Source of the DNA: Mantamonas sphyraenae STR306
Taxonomy: Eukaryota; Protista; CRuMs
Assembly (NCBI GenBank): GCA_026936335.1
Contig: JAPMXV010000049.1
Span: forward strand, 496,001-560,000
Length of the DNA: 64,000 nt
Reading direction: 5' to 3'
Shown here: positions 1-12,068 of the stretch, one piece after another
Numbering within the stretch: position 1 is the stretch's first letter
How the letters are laid out: the number at the start of each line of letters is the position of its first letter
The notes under the pieces: generated by a model
Database searches by the model: none
The model's input: the letters and a program-made list of their open reading frames with translations, nothing else
Told to the model about the DNA's origin: nothing
Program-made: the position numbers and the translations under genes

Positions 1-1031
1 TCCTTGATCCGCTTGCGTCCCTTTCCTTTGGACTTGCGTCGTGATGTAGGGAGTGATTGGGTGCGTTTGATGGCCGCCCCCCCAAGGGATCCGGCGGGAG
101 TGCCGCTTTCGTACCAAATCCGCCTTTTGGCCTTGTCCATGAGCCAGGAACCCTTGGAGTACACCTGCAACCAGTGGTCAAACAGGCCTGGCTTGCTTCC
201 GTGCAACAGAGACATCATCAGGGCCTCGTAGGGCACAGCAAAGCACAGCTCGAGGAAATCCGTGGTGTCAAAGCGAACCGTCTGAACAATGGCTTCGTTG
301 GCTTCGTCGTCCACACTATCGTCGTCTCTTTTGTAGCCTGTGGCATATCCATCAATAGTGCCCAGATTTTGTGCGTCCACCTTTGCCTCGAGAGCGTCAA
401 AGTGCGCCCTCATCTCTGAGATGTCGGGAACTTTGTCGTAGGCTTGCAGGACCTCGATGGTGGGAGTATATGGCGCAATACCTGCGCGATGGAGCACCTC
501 GGCACGGATGTAGTTGCCCACGCCGTTGAATAGGCTCTGGTCGAGCATCACCTCGCAGACGGGCTGCTGCAGAACTCTCCGCTCTTCCGTCTTGGCGTCG
601 AGCAGGTGTTGGACAAACTGTTCAAACTGGTGCACTGGGCACGGACTACGGTCTTCACTCCACGCGTCTGCATTGTCGACCTCCTCCCAGCGGCCAAATC
701 GACGTGTGTCGACGTGTGCGAGGATGGCACCGTCTTCGCGTTCCAGCTGCAGGTGGGCATGCTTGTGCACATCCTCCGGATCCTTGTAGAAGCGCCATGT
801 GCCACTCATACCCATTCCCATCAAAAGATGCTTGTTTGTTTCTCCCTTGGTCACAGGGAACATGGAGAGCATGAGCTGTTTGCCTCGACTCTTCGCGTCA
901 ACCACAAACGGTGTGGCCACCTCCACATCGGCACACTTGTGCACAGCGCTCTTGGAGATGCGCACAAACGGTTTGTCAGCAGCAGCGTTGATGATGCGTG
1001 CCATCCAGGCAAGTTCCCCGAGTTCAGGCAT
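1..1031 (-). CDS. NEIL1: Endonuclease VIII-like 1 (Fpg/Nei DNA glycosylase); 3' end runs off the window
   Basis: Hand translation from the ATG at 1031 gives MPELGEL (catalytic Pro2/Glu3), SRGKQL, MGMSG, VDTRRFGRW, the H2TH motif PVCEVMLDQSLFNGVGNYIRAEVL, DFLELCFAVP and WLQVY..MDKAKRRIWY. It is absent from the ORF track because there is no stop inside the window. Confidence 0.92.
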   Translation of the reverse strand, partial: MPELGELAWMARIINAAADKPFVRISKSAVHKCADVEVATPFVVDAKSRGKQLMLSMFPVTKGETNKHLLMGMGMSGTWRFYKDPEDVHKHAHLQLEREDGAILAHVDTRRFGRWEEVDNADAWSEDRSPCPVHQFEQFVQHLLDAKTEERRVLQQPVCEVMLDQSLFNGVGNYIRAEVLHRAGIAPYTPTIEVLQAYDKVPDISEMRAHFDALEAKVDAQNLGTIDGYATGYKRDDDSVDDEANEAIVQTVRFDTTDFLELCFAVPYEALMMSLLHGSKPGLFDHWLQVYSKGSWLMDKAKRRIWYESGTPAGSLGGAAIKRTQSLPTSRRKSKGKGRKRIK

Positions 1032-1102
1032 GGTTGTGTGGGTCGTGGGAAGGGAGTGTGGCTGCGCTGGCGCATGCAGGGCAAAATATCGAGGGGCTGA
1101 GA
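1032..1102. promoter_or_regulatory. Putative bidirectional promoter / 5' UTR region (71 bp between divergent ATGs)
   Basis: Position between the NEIL1 ATG (1031, -) and the ATG at 1103 (+). Confidence 0.5.
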
Positions 1103-2272
1103 ATGACCATTCAACGTGTGACGGTGAGCGACACGGAAAGTGGCATTCCACTGTTTGACCGCTCGTACCGCGTGTCGAACAAGTCTGCAGAGGCGACGGC
1201 GACACTCGTCAAGGCGCTGCAGCAGTTTGCCAGCACCATCGATGACGGCTCCGTACGCATGGTCACCTTTGGTGGACCGTCGTTCGAAGCGCGTCGCCAT
1301 CACCAGAAGAATCTGGGTGGTCTGCTGCGCACCAGCAACAAACCGGGCCGCAGTCCTCACCGCCGCTCGGGTTCATTATTGACACAGTCCCAACTGCAAC
1401 AGTACACGGACAAGGACGGTCGTATGTCCATGGTCTGCACCACATCCTCCAGTCACACCGTCTCGGTGTTTTTCAATCCCAGCAAGGTGTGTTTTGTGTC
1501 CTGTGTGGGCGTCCTCGTTGCTTGGCTCCCTCTCGCTTGCTTTCGCATCGCACTCTCTCTCGTTCACCTTGCCCATGGACCATCCTTCCCTTCCCCCCCA
1601 AACTGCTTATTGTTGTCGCCATCGCCACCTCACCCTTGCACTCACCCCACCCAATTCGCCTGGCGTCCCCATGTGCGGGGCTTTTGGACACAGGTGGAGA
1701 GCGAGCAGATGCAAGAGTTCAGCGACGGGGTGCACGCTGCGTTTGCCAGCGAGTTTGCAGAGCTGCTGGAAGAGATGACGACGCGGTGTGCAGGCGTGAA
1801 CCCAGACAAACCTGCGCCTGTGGAGTTGCAGGAGTGGATTGACGAAACCACGCGCAGCTTCGACAAAGAACTGGGCTCGCAGATCAAATCGGCGGGCATC
1901 ACCCTGAGCAAGGATCCCAAGGCCAGCACGTCGCAGTCCGAGGTGGTGCCGCTCATGGAGGCCGAAGAGTCAGAGTCCATTTCACGTGCAGACTCCATCA
2001 GTTCGTCCACGTCCACAGAACAGCTGCTCAAGGGAAAGCTAACGCACACCTCGGCGGCGTCGAAATCCGCAAACGACGACGATGGTGGCCCGCTGGACAT
2101 GCTCGACATCCAAGTGGAGGTGGCCAGCGACTCGGTGGGCGTTGGTGTGGGCAACGGCAAAACCCAAGCGAAAGGAGGCAAACTGCAGCCTCTGCGGGAG
2201 CAGGACGACAAAGACGAGGAGGAGGACGAGGAGGAGGAAGAGGAGGAAGACGACGAAGAGGAATTAATTTGA
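1103..2272 (+). CDS. Hypothetical protein with a possible N-terminal longin-like domain and an acidic C-terminal tail; intron 1487-1693
   Basis: MTIQRVTVSDTESGIPLFDRSY..TLVKALQQFASTIDDGSVRMVTF has a longin-like beta-beta-alpha-beta pattern. The intron is AAG|GTGTGT...CACAG|GTG. The protein ends in an E/D-rich tail. Confidence 0.65.
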   Translation: MTIQRVTVSDTESGIPLFDRSYRVSNKSAEATATLVKALQQFASTIDDGSVRMVTFGGPSFEARRHHQKNLGGLLRTSNKPGRSPHRRSGSLLTQSQLQQYTDKDGRMSMVCTTSSSHTVSVFFNPSKVCFVSCVGVLVAWLPLACFRIALSLVHLAHGPSFPSPPNCLLLSPSPPHPCTHPTQFAWRPHVRGFWTQVESEQMQEFSDGVHAAFASEFAELLEEMTTRCAGVNPDKPAPVELQEWIDETTRSFDKELGSQIKSAGITLSKDPKASTSQSEVVPLMEAEESESISRADSISSSTSTEQLLKGKLTHTSAASKSANDDDGGPLDMLDIQVEVASDSVGVGVGNGKTQAKGGKLQPLREQDDKDEEEDEEEEEEEDDEEELI

Positions 2273-2359
2273 GTCCATTGGACATGGAAGCGGCAGATGA
2301 TGGTTTGTGGGTGTTTAGTAGTGTGCCTGGCTCGTTGCTGCTGCTTGGGGCAACGGGAA

Positions 2360-4035
2360 TCATCGACGAGGGAGTGGGCCAGTGGTGCGTTTGCCGCTCC
2401 CTGGAGTGCTTCGCGCGGACGACGACGACGCTGGCGACGAGCGTCGTGGTGAGCCCCGTGACGAGGAGACGATGTAGAGGCAGAGGAGGCACGAGTCTTG
2501 CCGCTGGGCTTCTTGTTTGGATTCTGCAGCATGCGTACGGTGGTGTTGAGATCGTCGATCTTCTTGAGCAGATCTGCCTCGCGTGCCTTTGCCTTGCGAC
2601 TCTGGGAGGCCTTGCTACCCGTCATGACTTGCACCTCGCGGTGGCGTTGTTCCACCACCAGCTGTAGGTCGCTCAGCCCCTGGTTCTTCTCCTTCAGTTC
2701 TGCGCGCAGCAGGTAGATCTGCTTCTTCAGAAAGTCAAACAGTTCCACTGGCACTGTTTCGCCCGAGTAGGTACGAGAGGAGGACGAAGACAGTGACGAC
2801 GTTGACTTTTGGTCATCGTCTCCCTGCTGCTCGCCGTTCAGGAAGCTTTCGAGCAACTCGGCGTGGTTGTCCGCACTGCCTGCCTCCTCGTAGGCTGCAG
2901 AACCCTTGCGTTGGATGCTCTTGCGATAAGGAGTGCGCATGGCTTTGGCAAGAAAGTCCAGACGGCCCTTGAGTTGGTTGATGTGTGTGTGCTGCGCCTT
3001 GAGGCTTCCCTCCAGCTTGAGTTTGTCCTCCTTCAGACGCTTGTTCTCGGCCAGCAGGAACCGGTGGTCCTGGATGTTTGTCAGTGTGTTGTTGACACTC
3101 ACCACCTGCGTGCTCTGGTTCATCTCCAAGCGCTCCTCCAGTGCCTTGATGAGCTTGTCCTTTGTGCGCAACTTCTCCTTGAGCTTGTTGAGGTAGCGCT
3201 GGTCTGGGGTCAGACTCGAGTTGCGGATGCCATTGAGAATGCTCATCTGTGAATCGGCGTCGCTTCCACTGCCGCTGCCACTGCTGCTTTGGTTGTTGGC
3301 TTCGTACGCGGCCGTGCGCAGCTCGTCCACAAGCTCGTCCAACTTGGCAATGCGTCCATTCAACATCTTGCGTTCTTGTTCCCATGCCGCCTGCGATGCT
3401 TCTTGGCTCACCAATTTGCTGTCCACGTCCACCAGCCTCTCCATCGTCCTGCGCGCCTTTTCCAACTCCACTTCCAGCGCCCGCTTCTCGCGCGCGCTCG
3501 CCTCGGCCGCCTTTTCTGCGTCGCGCACCTTGTTTTCCAGCTCCGTCACAAGCTCTTTCTCGTTGCTGTCCTCAATGGACTCCAGCAGTTGCATGTGTGC
3601 TTTGTGCAGCTTGCTATGCGCCAGCTTGGCCGCCCGCAGCTCGTCTCGCACCTCCTCCGTTCGGTTGCGCTCCGCTGCAATCTCATCCTCCAGGCCCAAC
3701 AGTCCCACCTCGCTTTCCAGCAACAACTGGTTGGCTTGTTGCAATTGCTTGGCCTGCGCCACCAGTGCGTCGTCCTTGGCCCGCAGCGCCGTTTGCATCG
3801 CTTTCACTTCGTCCTCCGTTTCCTCCAGCAGCTTCTCCGTGTCTGCCAGCGTTGCCCGAGTTTGTCGCAGCGCGGCGTATGTGGCCGCACGCGTGCTTTC
3901 TGCCTCTGACTCCCACTTGTATCCCTCTGTCTCCTCCACCAGGGCTTCCACGAGCTCCAATTCCTGAAACACCTGCTCCAGCTCGGCCTTTTTCATGGCC
4001 AGAAGCTGCTGCGGGCTCACATCGTCACTGCTCAT
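2360..4035 (-). CDS. Coiled-coil protein with MAP70-like segments; one apparent 1-nt deletion near 2465
   Basis: Long heptad-rich ORF starting MSSDDVSPQQ. The segments QDHRFLLAENKRLKE and ETVPVELFDFLKKQIYLLRAELKEKNQGL resemble plant MAP70. The natural Ser/Arg-rich end (RGSPRRSSPASSSS..PLPRR*) lies in a shifted frame, with its stop at 2360-2362. Confidence 0.7.
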
Positions 4036-4185
4036 TGTTGGTTGTGTTGATGAACAGCAGAAAGGGGGAATGGGGGAGATGGGTGATGTGTGTGTCTGTG
4101 CGTGTGTGTTGGATGGGAAAAATTGGTTGTTTGTTGTGGCGTGCTGGTTCCTGCTGCTGCCATCCCACCATCCCACACACACTGT

Positions 4186-7100
4186 CTAACCGTGGATGCG
4201 TTTGCTCACCGTGGTGGGGTTGTTGATGTTGTGCGTGTGCAAGAGTCCGAGCACCTTCTTGAGCTGGTCACGGCTGACAACAGCGTCGGCTCCCTCAGTT
4301 GCGCTTGCAATAAAGTCGCGGAAACGAACACTCTCAAGGCTGTCGTTGCTGTCGGAGCTGGAACCCTTGGTGCTGTTTGTGGAGGCGCTGTTGTTCGGCG
4401 ACACTTTGCCGCTTGTGTCGCTTTCTCGCTGGATTTGTCGCCACGGCTGTCGTCGTCGTCGTTGGAGCGGTTGCCGTTCTTGAACGCCCGGCGCACCTCA
4501 TCCTCCATTTCTTCATCGTCTTCATCCTCCTCGCTGGAGCCTCGGTCGTTGCCGTTAAGGCCACGGTTGAAGTTGGCCAGTCGGGCACGGTTGAGTTCAC
4601 CACCCCGACCAGACTCTGGGCTGTTGCTGGATCCGCTGGAGTTGCTGGAGCGCGTGCTGCCCATGTTCTTGTACATGTGTAGTGTTTCGCTGCTTCCTGG
4701 CGTGTGCATGCCTGCACTGTCTCCCTCGAGCTCCATGCCCGAGTCGACGCTGGCGGCCTTGGATTTGAGCAGTGTTCCGTTGTGGTTGCCAACTGCGTGC
4801 ATGTGGGACTGCTCGTGCTGCTGACGCATCAGCTCCATGCTGATCATGGATGTGAGCGAGGGAAGGTTGCGAGACATCATCTGCAGTAGTGGTCGTTCCA
4901 GGCGCTGGTCCAGCTGACTGGGTTGTGTTTGCCCACATCTGCGGGTTGCCCGGCTGCCTGATTCCTGGCCTGTGCTTGGACCTCGGCCAGGCGGTTGTGG
5001 TCTTTGAGCAGATTGAGCAGAGCGCGTTGCTGCTCGGCCAGCTGGGCCACGTCCTCTGCAGAGATGCGCGGAAGAGCGTCGATGTTCATGGCATCCTTGT
5101 CGTTGCGCGGCATTTCTGAGCTCAGCTGCTGGTTCATGTGGCTGTCGGTGCCGTTGGCTGCGCGACCGGTCATGGGGCGTGTCGCAGAGCTGTGCGACGA
5201 CTGGGATGAGGAGGACACCGAGTCGGCCATGCTTTCCTCGGAGTGTGTGTTGGCCGCCTGCATCCCAGACTGGTGGGAGCGAGAGTGTGTGTTGGAGCTG
5301 TGGTTGCCGTTGTTGGTGCCGTTGTCGTGAGATGACGAGGCAGAAGAGGCCGAGGTGCGACGGTTCAGCTGTTGCGCCTGCGCCTGCGCCTGTGCCTGCG
5401 CCTGCTGCTGTTGCAGTTGTTGTTGTTGTTGCTCGTGCTGTACGATAAGTTTGGACAGATTGGCCATCATGACGTCGTTGTGGGAGGTGACGTCGACGAT
5501 GTCGGAGAGGTAGGGCCGGGTGACGAAAGGACTCATGAGTTGCTGAGAGGTTCCGGTCGCACTGCCATACCCCATGGCAGCTGCGGCCTGTGCAGCGGTC
5601 AACGAAGTGGGAAGCACGCTGACCGGGGTGTTGGACAAGCCAAGCAGGTTCTTGGCGCTATCATACATGGTTTGCTCGTCGTACGAGGACAGGCGCGTGG
5701 GCACAGAGGCGCTGGAGCCGACGGAGCTGCGTCTGAGGTGTTCCAGGGCAGCGTTGGGTTCCAAGCGTTGACGCTTGCCAGCAGGGGCCGATGCCCATGA
5801 CGACGAGGCCATGGCGTCGGTTGGAGAGTCTCGCGAGCGCTTGCTCTTGCTGTGGCGGCTCTTGTCAAACATACGTCGGGCGACGGCCGAGGGACGCATG
5901 TTGATCAGCGGTTCCTCGGTGGGTTGAGGGGTGCCATTCAGCGTGTACATGCCGTTGGCAGGAAACAAATCGTCCAGCGGCGTTTCGTGAAGGCGCAGGT
6001 GTAGGTACCACAGGTCCATGGGGTCAAAGGTGTACGTGTTGTACGTCTCCATGCCAAACTCGTGCAGGTCGTACAGGTAGTTTCGGAAGCCTGTGCGAGG
6101 GCGAGGTGAGTTTCAGAGATTTTCCGCGGACGAGTGATGGAAGCATTTCGTGCGTTTTACGTCGGTGCGTGGGTGGTCAACGAGGCCGTGTGAGCGATAA
6201 AGGATGAGTGGAACGTGGATGTGAGAGGTACGTGCACATCAGCTGCGTGCGATCAGGCGTTCTCAAGGCCCGAGTCGCAGGCAGTGGGGCTTGCTTGGTG
6301 ACAAGCCGAGCGAAAAAAAAAGCGGAAAAAATTTTGGGCAGAAAAATTGCGGTGGGCTCCCACAAGCCGACAAATGGTCCGACGCCATGGAGAGCATACA
6401 CGGACATCATGGATGGGTGTGCGGGGCATGCATGAGTGCAAACATCGATTCTGTAACGCTGGGCGAGCATGCACAAGGGCTGTGCGGGTATAGATCGACG
6501 CGCAGGAAGAAGGTTTTTGGGGGGTGCGTTCAGGAAGTAGCGTCCTGCGCTCGCAGGAAAAGGAAACTCGCCGGTTGACGCCTGTACAACGTACCATTGT
6601 AGGATCTGTTGAGGACCCAGTTGTCCTTACGCAGTCTGCGAAGGGCTTCGACGTTGTGGTCGCTGCCAGCGACCTCACGTGCACGTTCAGGCGACTCGTG
6701 GAGTTCGAGCTGGCGGACGTCAAGGTACACTCCGAGCCTGCCTGCCATGGAGCTGTTCTCTTCGCGCTTGGAGTTGATGATGATGAACGGAAAGGTGGTG
6801 GCAGTGCATAGTTGGACCCCATCCTTGCGCAGGGTCATCACAAGCTCAAATTTGAGCGGATTGCGTGTGGAGCCGCCCAGCGCCTTGCTCGTCGAGAACA
6901 GAGATGTTGACCACAGGAGCTTGTGGACGTCCTTTTTGGGATTGTTGGACTCCACTTCGTACTGTGTGCGCCGCAGCGGATGCGTTGTGTCAGTCGTGGG
7001 GGAGCGGAAACGGCGCTGCTGAAAAAAAAGTGAAAAAAAAGCTTCCACGGAAGCGTGGTGCCGAGGAGGCTTCAATGAGCTCGCTTACCACAATGTCATC

Positions 7101-7855
7101 ATCAGAAACGTCGTTGTACACGGGAGCGGAGCTTGTCTTGCGAAAGTAACGCAATTGGACGTAGAGAGACCCAATGTCTGAGACTTCGTCGCATGGAATT
7201 GCGTTCCCATTCTCACCGACGAGCTCAAAGAGAACGACGGAGCGTTGGTCCTGCAAAATGAAACCAACGGCCAGTTGGCGCCCAGAGTGTCAGTGGTCCT
7301 GTTTTCAAGCATCCTCAATGCTCACATGCAGTGTGCGCGGGCGCCCAGCGTTGTGCTTTCCGGCAGCCGTTCCAGAAGGATTTGGCTGCGGAGAGTTTCG
7401 TGCGGCAGAGAAAGCCATGAGGGGGCATGCAAAGAAGATGGCATGGTCACAAGGGATCATAGAGACGCTGTGCTGCTCCTCCGAGGTCGTTGGGCCCTAG
7501 TTCGAGCAGTGACAACGCGTGACGGTAGAACTTTCAAAAGTTTCGATTTTTTTCTCCCGCGAAATGTGCTTTTGGCCCTGTACACAGCATGATGCACAGG
7601 ATGGGGCAAACGAGCATGCACATGTGGCCCTATGCGCCATACAGCGAGTGGAGTGGCATGCAGGGGATGTATGCGCGGCGGACGCCGCGGTTGGGCAGTG
7701 GACACTTTGAAGAGAAGGAACGGCCCGAAGGAAACTCAAAAAGAAACTGAGCAGCGAACAGCAGCGAAGCAACATGGGCAAATGATGTTTACCTTGACAA
7801 AAACAGCATGGGGCGTGTACACAACTCGCAAATGCAAGTTGTTTCCTGAATCCAT
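4186..7855 (-). CDS. Multi-exon putative transcription factor: N-terminal beta-sandwich-like domain plus Q/S/N-rich low-complexity region; two apparent 1-nt deletions (~4423, ~4921)
   Basis: Exons read MDSGNNLHLRVVYTPHAVFVK, DQRSVVLFELVGENGNAIPC..., YEVESNNPKKDVHKLLWSTSLFSTSKALGG..FELVMTLRKDGVQLCTATTFPFIIINSKRE and G|FRNYLYDLHEFG. There is an NLS-like GKRQRL and polyQ. The exon structure between 7390 and 7790 is uncertain. Confidence 0.55.
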
Positions 7856-8005
7856 GCACGTTGAACTGTCCGGTTTTCGGGTGTGCGTTGGGGTTTGGTT
7901 GTTGGGGTGAGAGCGAGCGAGTCGTCGTCGGTCATTCACACTCAGCACGGGGTTGGTGGCAGCAGTCGCTGGTGGGCCATGGAATGCACCCCACGCGGAG
8001 AATGT

Positions 8006-9742
8006 TCACTTCCGTCTCCACTTGGGGAAGAACACGTCGCGCAGGTTGGCAACCATGCCTTTGTCGTAGCTGTTGACCACGGGCATGAAGCGAGCAGGAT
8101 CAATGCCCAGACCTTCTTCTTCAAGCAGGATGCGCACATCATCTGCAGCATAGCGCACGCGCACTTGCTCCTCGTTGCCTGAGGAGGAGGTGGCGGACGA
8201 GGCCGCTGTGGATCCGCTTCCAGCCGAGTTGGCTCCGTCCTGTGCCGAGCTGGTGTGTGTGCGCTGCACAGGCCTGCCAACGCTGACCTTGGCGCCGCTG
8301 GCAGTGGCCTGGGCCACGTCGACGGGCACGCCGACGGCAACGACAGGCTGTGCTTCCTTGGGTTTGCGTACGCCGGCGTCAAAGTCACGCTTGGTGCGCT
8401 TGAGAAAGGCGCGCACGCTGCTGTACTTGTATGTTTCGTTTGTGGTGGTGTTGGTGGCAGCTAGGTAGAGGTGGAAGCCGAGAAAGGCGACAATGACAAA
8501 GATGATGAGCACGCAGAAGATCTCAAACATAACCAGGTGTCCGTAGTACGCCATGAGCCAGCGGAAGGCAAACGAGTAGCCCACACTGATCTGCTGGCCG
8601 TCCTCGACGTAGTACATGTCAAACAGACGTTCCTTGGAGAGGATGCCGTTGATGAGGATGGCGGTCACGACAATGGCGTACAGGGTGAGCAACACGGTGG
8701 CAAACAGGAACAGAATGAAGTACCTGTGGTTGTTCTCACCCACGCAGGTGTTGAGCCAGCCGCAGTGGTGGTCAAACTTGGACACACAGCGCTTGCACAG
8801 GGAGCAGTGGTACGAGCGTGCAGGCCTGTCCAGCAGGCACGTCTCGCAGCTCTTTTCAAAGAAGATGCGCTTGTCGTAGGGATAGCGACGCTTGATTGCC
8901 TCGACGTTGTCCACCGTCACCGTGCCCGGGTCGGTTGTGCACGCCAGGTAGAAGCTGTACATGGTTGCTGCCACCGCCACAAACGCCGTGTATCTGTTGT
9001 GGGGCGAGATACATGCAAGCGCACAACAGCGTTGCAACACATGTCATGGGGGGAAGAATGTCCGTGCGACGTCGGTGTGAGTACACGTGTTCTGCCACCG
9101 CCAACGCGGTGTGCCGACATACAGCCCTTGGCGTTTCCACCCAAACCATCTCCTTCTGCACAGAACACAGTCATCATTGCCAGGGACGCCATGCCATTCG
9201 CTGCGAAGAGCTTCCCTGTGAAACCTACTTGTGGTATTCGCCAACGCCGTACTCGGGCGAGATGAACGGGTACGCGATCTTGATGTAGATGTACAACCCG
9301 CCCAAGATGATGGAACTGTAGAAGAGCTGCTCGCCACACACGACACCCCCTTTTGTCAGTCGTCGTCCCTGTCGTGGCAACAACAAAGCCACCTCCCGTT
9401 CCCTCTTTTTCTTTACCGCTCCTCCTCTTCGTCTCTCTCCTCCACCCCACGTCACGGGGAGCCTTTGGCGCTTCCCACGGCGCCCGCCTCCTGGTGACTT
9501 ACCTGCAGCAGCGGGTTGCGTGAGAAGCACAGCCAGCTCTCCAGTGCACGGATGCGCGCAAACATTGTCTCGCCGCACAGGCGACGCAGGCCTGCGTGGA
9601 TGCCTGTGGGAACGGTGGAGGTGATGAACGTGTGCACCTTGCCCACAAACCCGTCCCGGTGGTACGGCGACTCGCCGAAAAGCATCACATACACAAACGC
9701 CACAATGAACAGCACGTAGCACACAAGGAACCACAGCGTCAT
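8006..9742 (-). CDS. DHHC palmitoyl acyltransferase, ZDHHC4/Swf1 type (3 exons)
   Basis: [44 protein letters not shown], the TTNE motif and NSYDKG..NL. The N-terminal [12 protein letters not shown] and RNPLLQ are typical of Swf1/ZDHHC4. Donors are GTAAGT and GTAGGT. Confidence 0.92.
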
Positions 9743-9820
9743 TGTCAGCGCTCCCCCTGTGTTGCGTTGGCGGCCCTTGCGCCCCTGCGCACCGCCGCCC
9801 ACTCCAACAATCCATCCGAC
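9743..9820. promoter_or_regulatory. Putative bidirectional promoter (78 bp between divergent ATGs)
   Basis: Position between the DHHC ATG (9742, -) and the Myb ATG (9821, +). Confidence 0.45.
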
Positions 9821-11985
9821 ATGTCCACGCGCACCGCAAACCCAAACGGCAGCGCCAAGGGTCAAGCACATGTCAAGGACCGATCGTCTTCTGCTGCTGC
9901 TGAGCGTCGTGCTTGGCAGCCCGACGAGGATCGTACGTGTTTTTGCGGGAGTTGTCTCTTGTGGATTTTGCCGAGGGTGCGACCAGACTCACCACCTCAC
10001 GCCTTTTGCATCTTTGCACTGTTCTTCCCACCCCTCCATGTCTGCTCTCCAGGTGATCTCCTCTACTTTATGTCCAATGGCTACACGTATGCACAGGTGG
10101 CCCAACTCATGGTCAATCGCTCGGCCGAGTCTGTCAAGTGAGTTTTCCCGAGAGCGCATCCAAGACGGCGGGAAGGCCCCGCCAAAAAGCCTCGCCCCGT
10201 ACCACAAACACAGCTCACCCACATCATCCTCCTGTCACCCGCGGCACTACCTGGCACAGATATAGGTATTCGGTTCTGATCAACGTACGTGTGTGTGTCT
10301 CTCGTGCCCATTCGCCCATGCCCAGCCCGCTCATCGCTCACCTCCGGTCTCGCTGGGAACATTTTCCGTGTTTGCCCGCCCCTCTCCGCGTCCACATGCA
10401 GAAATCAGACACACACAAGAGCAACCACGCTCTATGGACGAGCACGGACGAGATGCGTATGATGGCCAGCCTCACCGCATGGTACCTCGTCCTCGGGCGC
10501 AGGCCAACCTGGAACCTGGTTGCCCTCTGTCTCCCCGAACGCAGCGTGCACTCCGTCAAGTACCGCATGCGCACCCTCCAGCAGCGATTTAACTTTGACA
10601 AGCGCTGGTTTCCCACAGAGTTTTTCCTCCTCCACGACGAAGACATCCATGCTCAGCTGCGTGAGCTCGCAAACAACGGCCAAGCTCGCCATCTCCTTGC
10701 CTTCTACCTGCGTGTCAACCGCATGGTCGAACCCATCTGCATCAACATCCTCGACAAACATGTCAACCAGCTGCCCAGGCGTCTCAAGCGCCTCAAAATC
10801 CCTCCTCTCCTCGACCTCCGCAAGCGAGTCCAGCGACGCGCTACCTGGCTCCAAACCGCTCACGACGCCTGCCTCAAGCTCAAGAACCCTCGCAAAGCTC
10901 TTTCTGTGTACAAAGACATGCCTGTGAATGCCTCCTCCTCCTCCTCGTCATCCTCGTCGGACAATCACCCCGAAGACGATCCTCCCACAGAATCCTGCAG
11001 CTCCTCTGCTCCCGAGGATTCCCTTCCATACCCCTCGACGTCGCGCAACGCACGCAGCATCCGTCGTGCACGTCGCTCACGCCGTGCCTCGTCCCTTGAC
11101 GACTCTGTTGATGAGGACGAGCCGCGGCAAGATCGTACAAACACCACTCACGATGTACAGAACGGAGACGGCAGCGAAGACGACGTTGACACTGACAACG
11201 AAAGTGAGAGCGACCGCTCAACCGTTGCTGCAAGCCCAGAAGACGACGGCAACGCTGCAGATCCGCTGGTCACTTCGGATCCAGAGTACCATTTCCAGAC
11301 CCAGGTGCCGCGATGGAACAACAGTCAGCTCAGGACAGGGCACACAGGTGCAAAGACTCCGCGCGCTGAGCTGTTTGTCGCCCAGCAGGCGCCAAACCCT
11401 GGTGTTCCTGCGCCCGCTTCGACACGCCTTATGCGCGTGGAGACCATCACCGCAGCTCCATCGGCCACAAACTCTCAGTCAGGTTCTCAGGAGCCCCAGA
11501 GCAGCCAGACTCTCGTTCTGGGCGCCCTTCCCTCCAAGTTCTCCTTCCACATCGACAAGGAGACACGCGACGCCGCAGCCGCCGGCTCCGCCGCCGACCA
11601 CAACGCCAACACCGCCTCGGCCTCGGCCAGCCCATCCATCTCTCGCAATTCATCCAACTCTAGCATTCGACCCCTCAAGTCGGTGCAGGAGTTTGTTCGC
11701 ATCGGCACAACACGCACAGACTCGGGCATGAGCTCAGCCTCTTCCGACAGCTCAAACGCCTTTCCCATGAGAGCGCCCTCCTTGAACAACACACAGTCGC
11801 GCGACTCATCTCCCCAACCTTCTCGCCTGCAATCTACCGCAAGCAAGCGCTCCTTCTCCGACATGCTCTACACCGAGTCGCAAGATCCCCAACAGATCGG
11901 CGAGGAGGCCCTTGTCATCGAAATTGTTCAACGCATCGACAGCGACGACCGATCCAAGCGCCAACGCGTCGATTCTCAAGAGTAG
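9821..11985 (+). CDS. Two-repeat Myb/SANT-domain protein with a long disordered C-terminus (introns 9933-10052, 10138-10259, 10285-10401)
   Basis: The spliced repeat 1 is AWQPDEDRDLLYFMSNGYTYAQVAQLMVNRSAESVKYRYSVL. Repeat 2 is WTSTDEMRMM..PTWNLVALCLPERSVHSVKYRMRTL. Intron phases are consistent, and there is a C-terminal NLS-like SKRQR. Confidence 0.75.
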
Positions 11986-12068
11986 GCGTTGGGTGACTGC
12001 TCTGGGAATTCAGTCACGACGAATGAAAAGCTGTTGCGGTGAGGCGCCGTCCGAGCCAATCAACAACC

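Noticed and set aside
1642-2460. Apparent ~630-bp overlap between the 846-aa minus ORF and the plus-strand gene
   Set aside because: Produced by the 1-nt deletion near 2465; the corrected frame stops at 2360.
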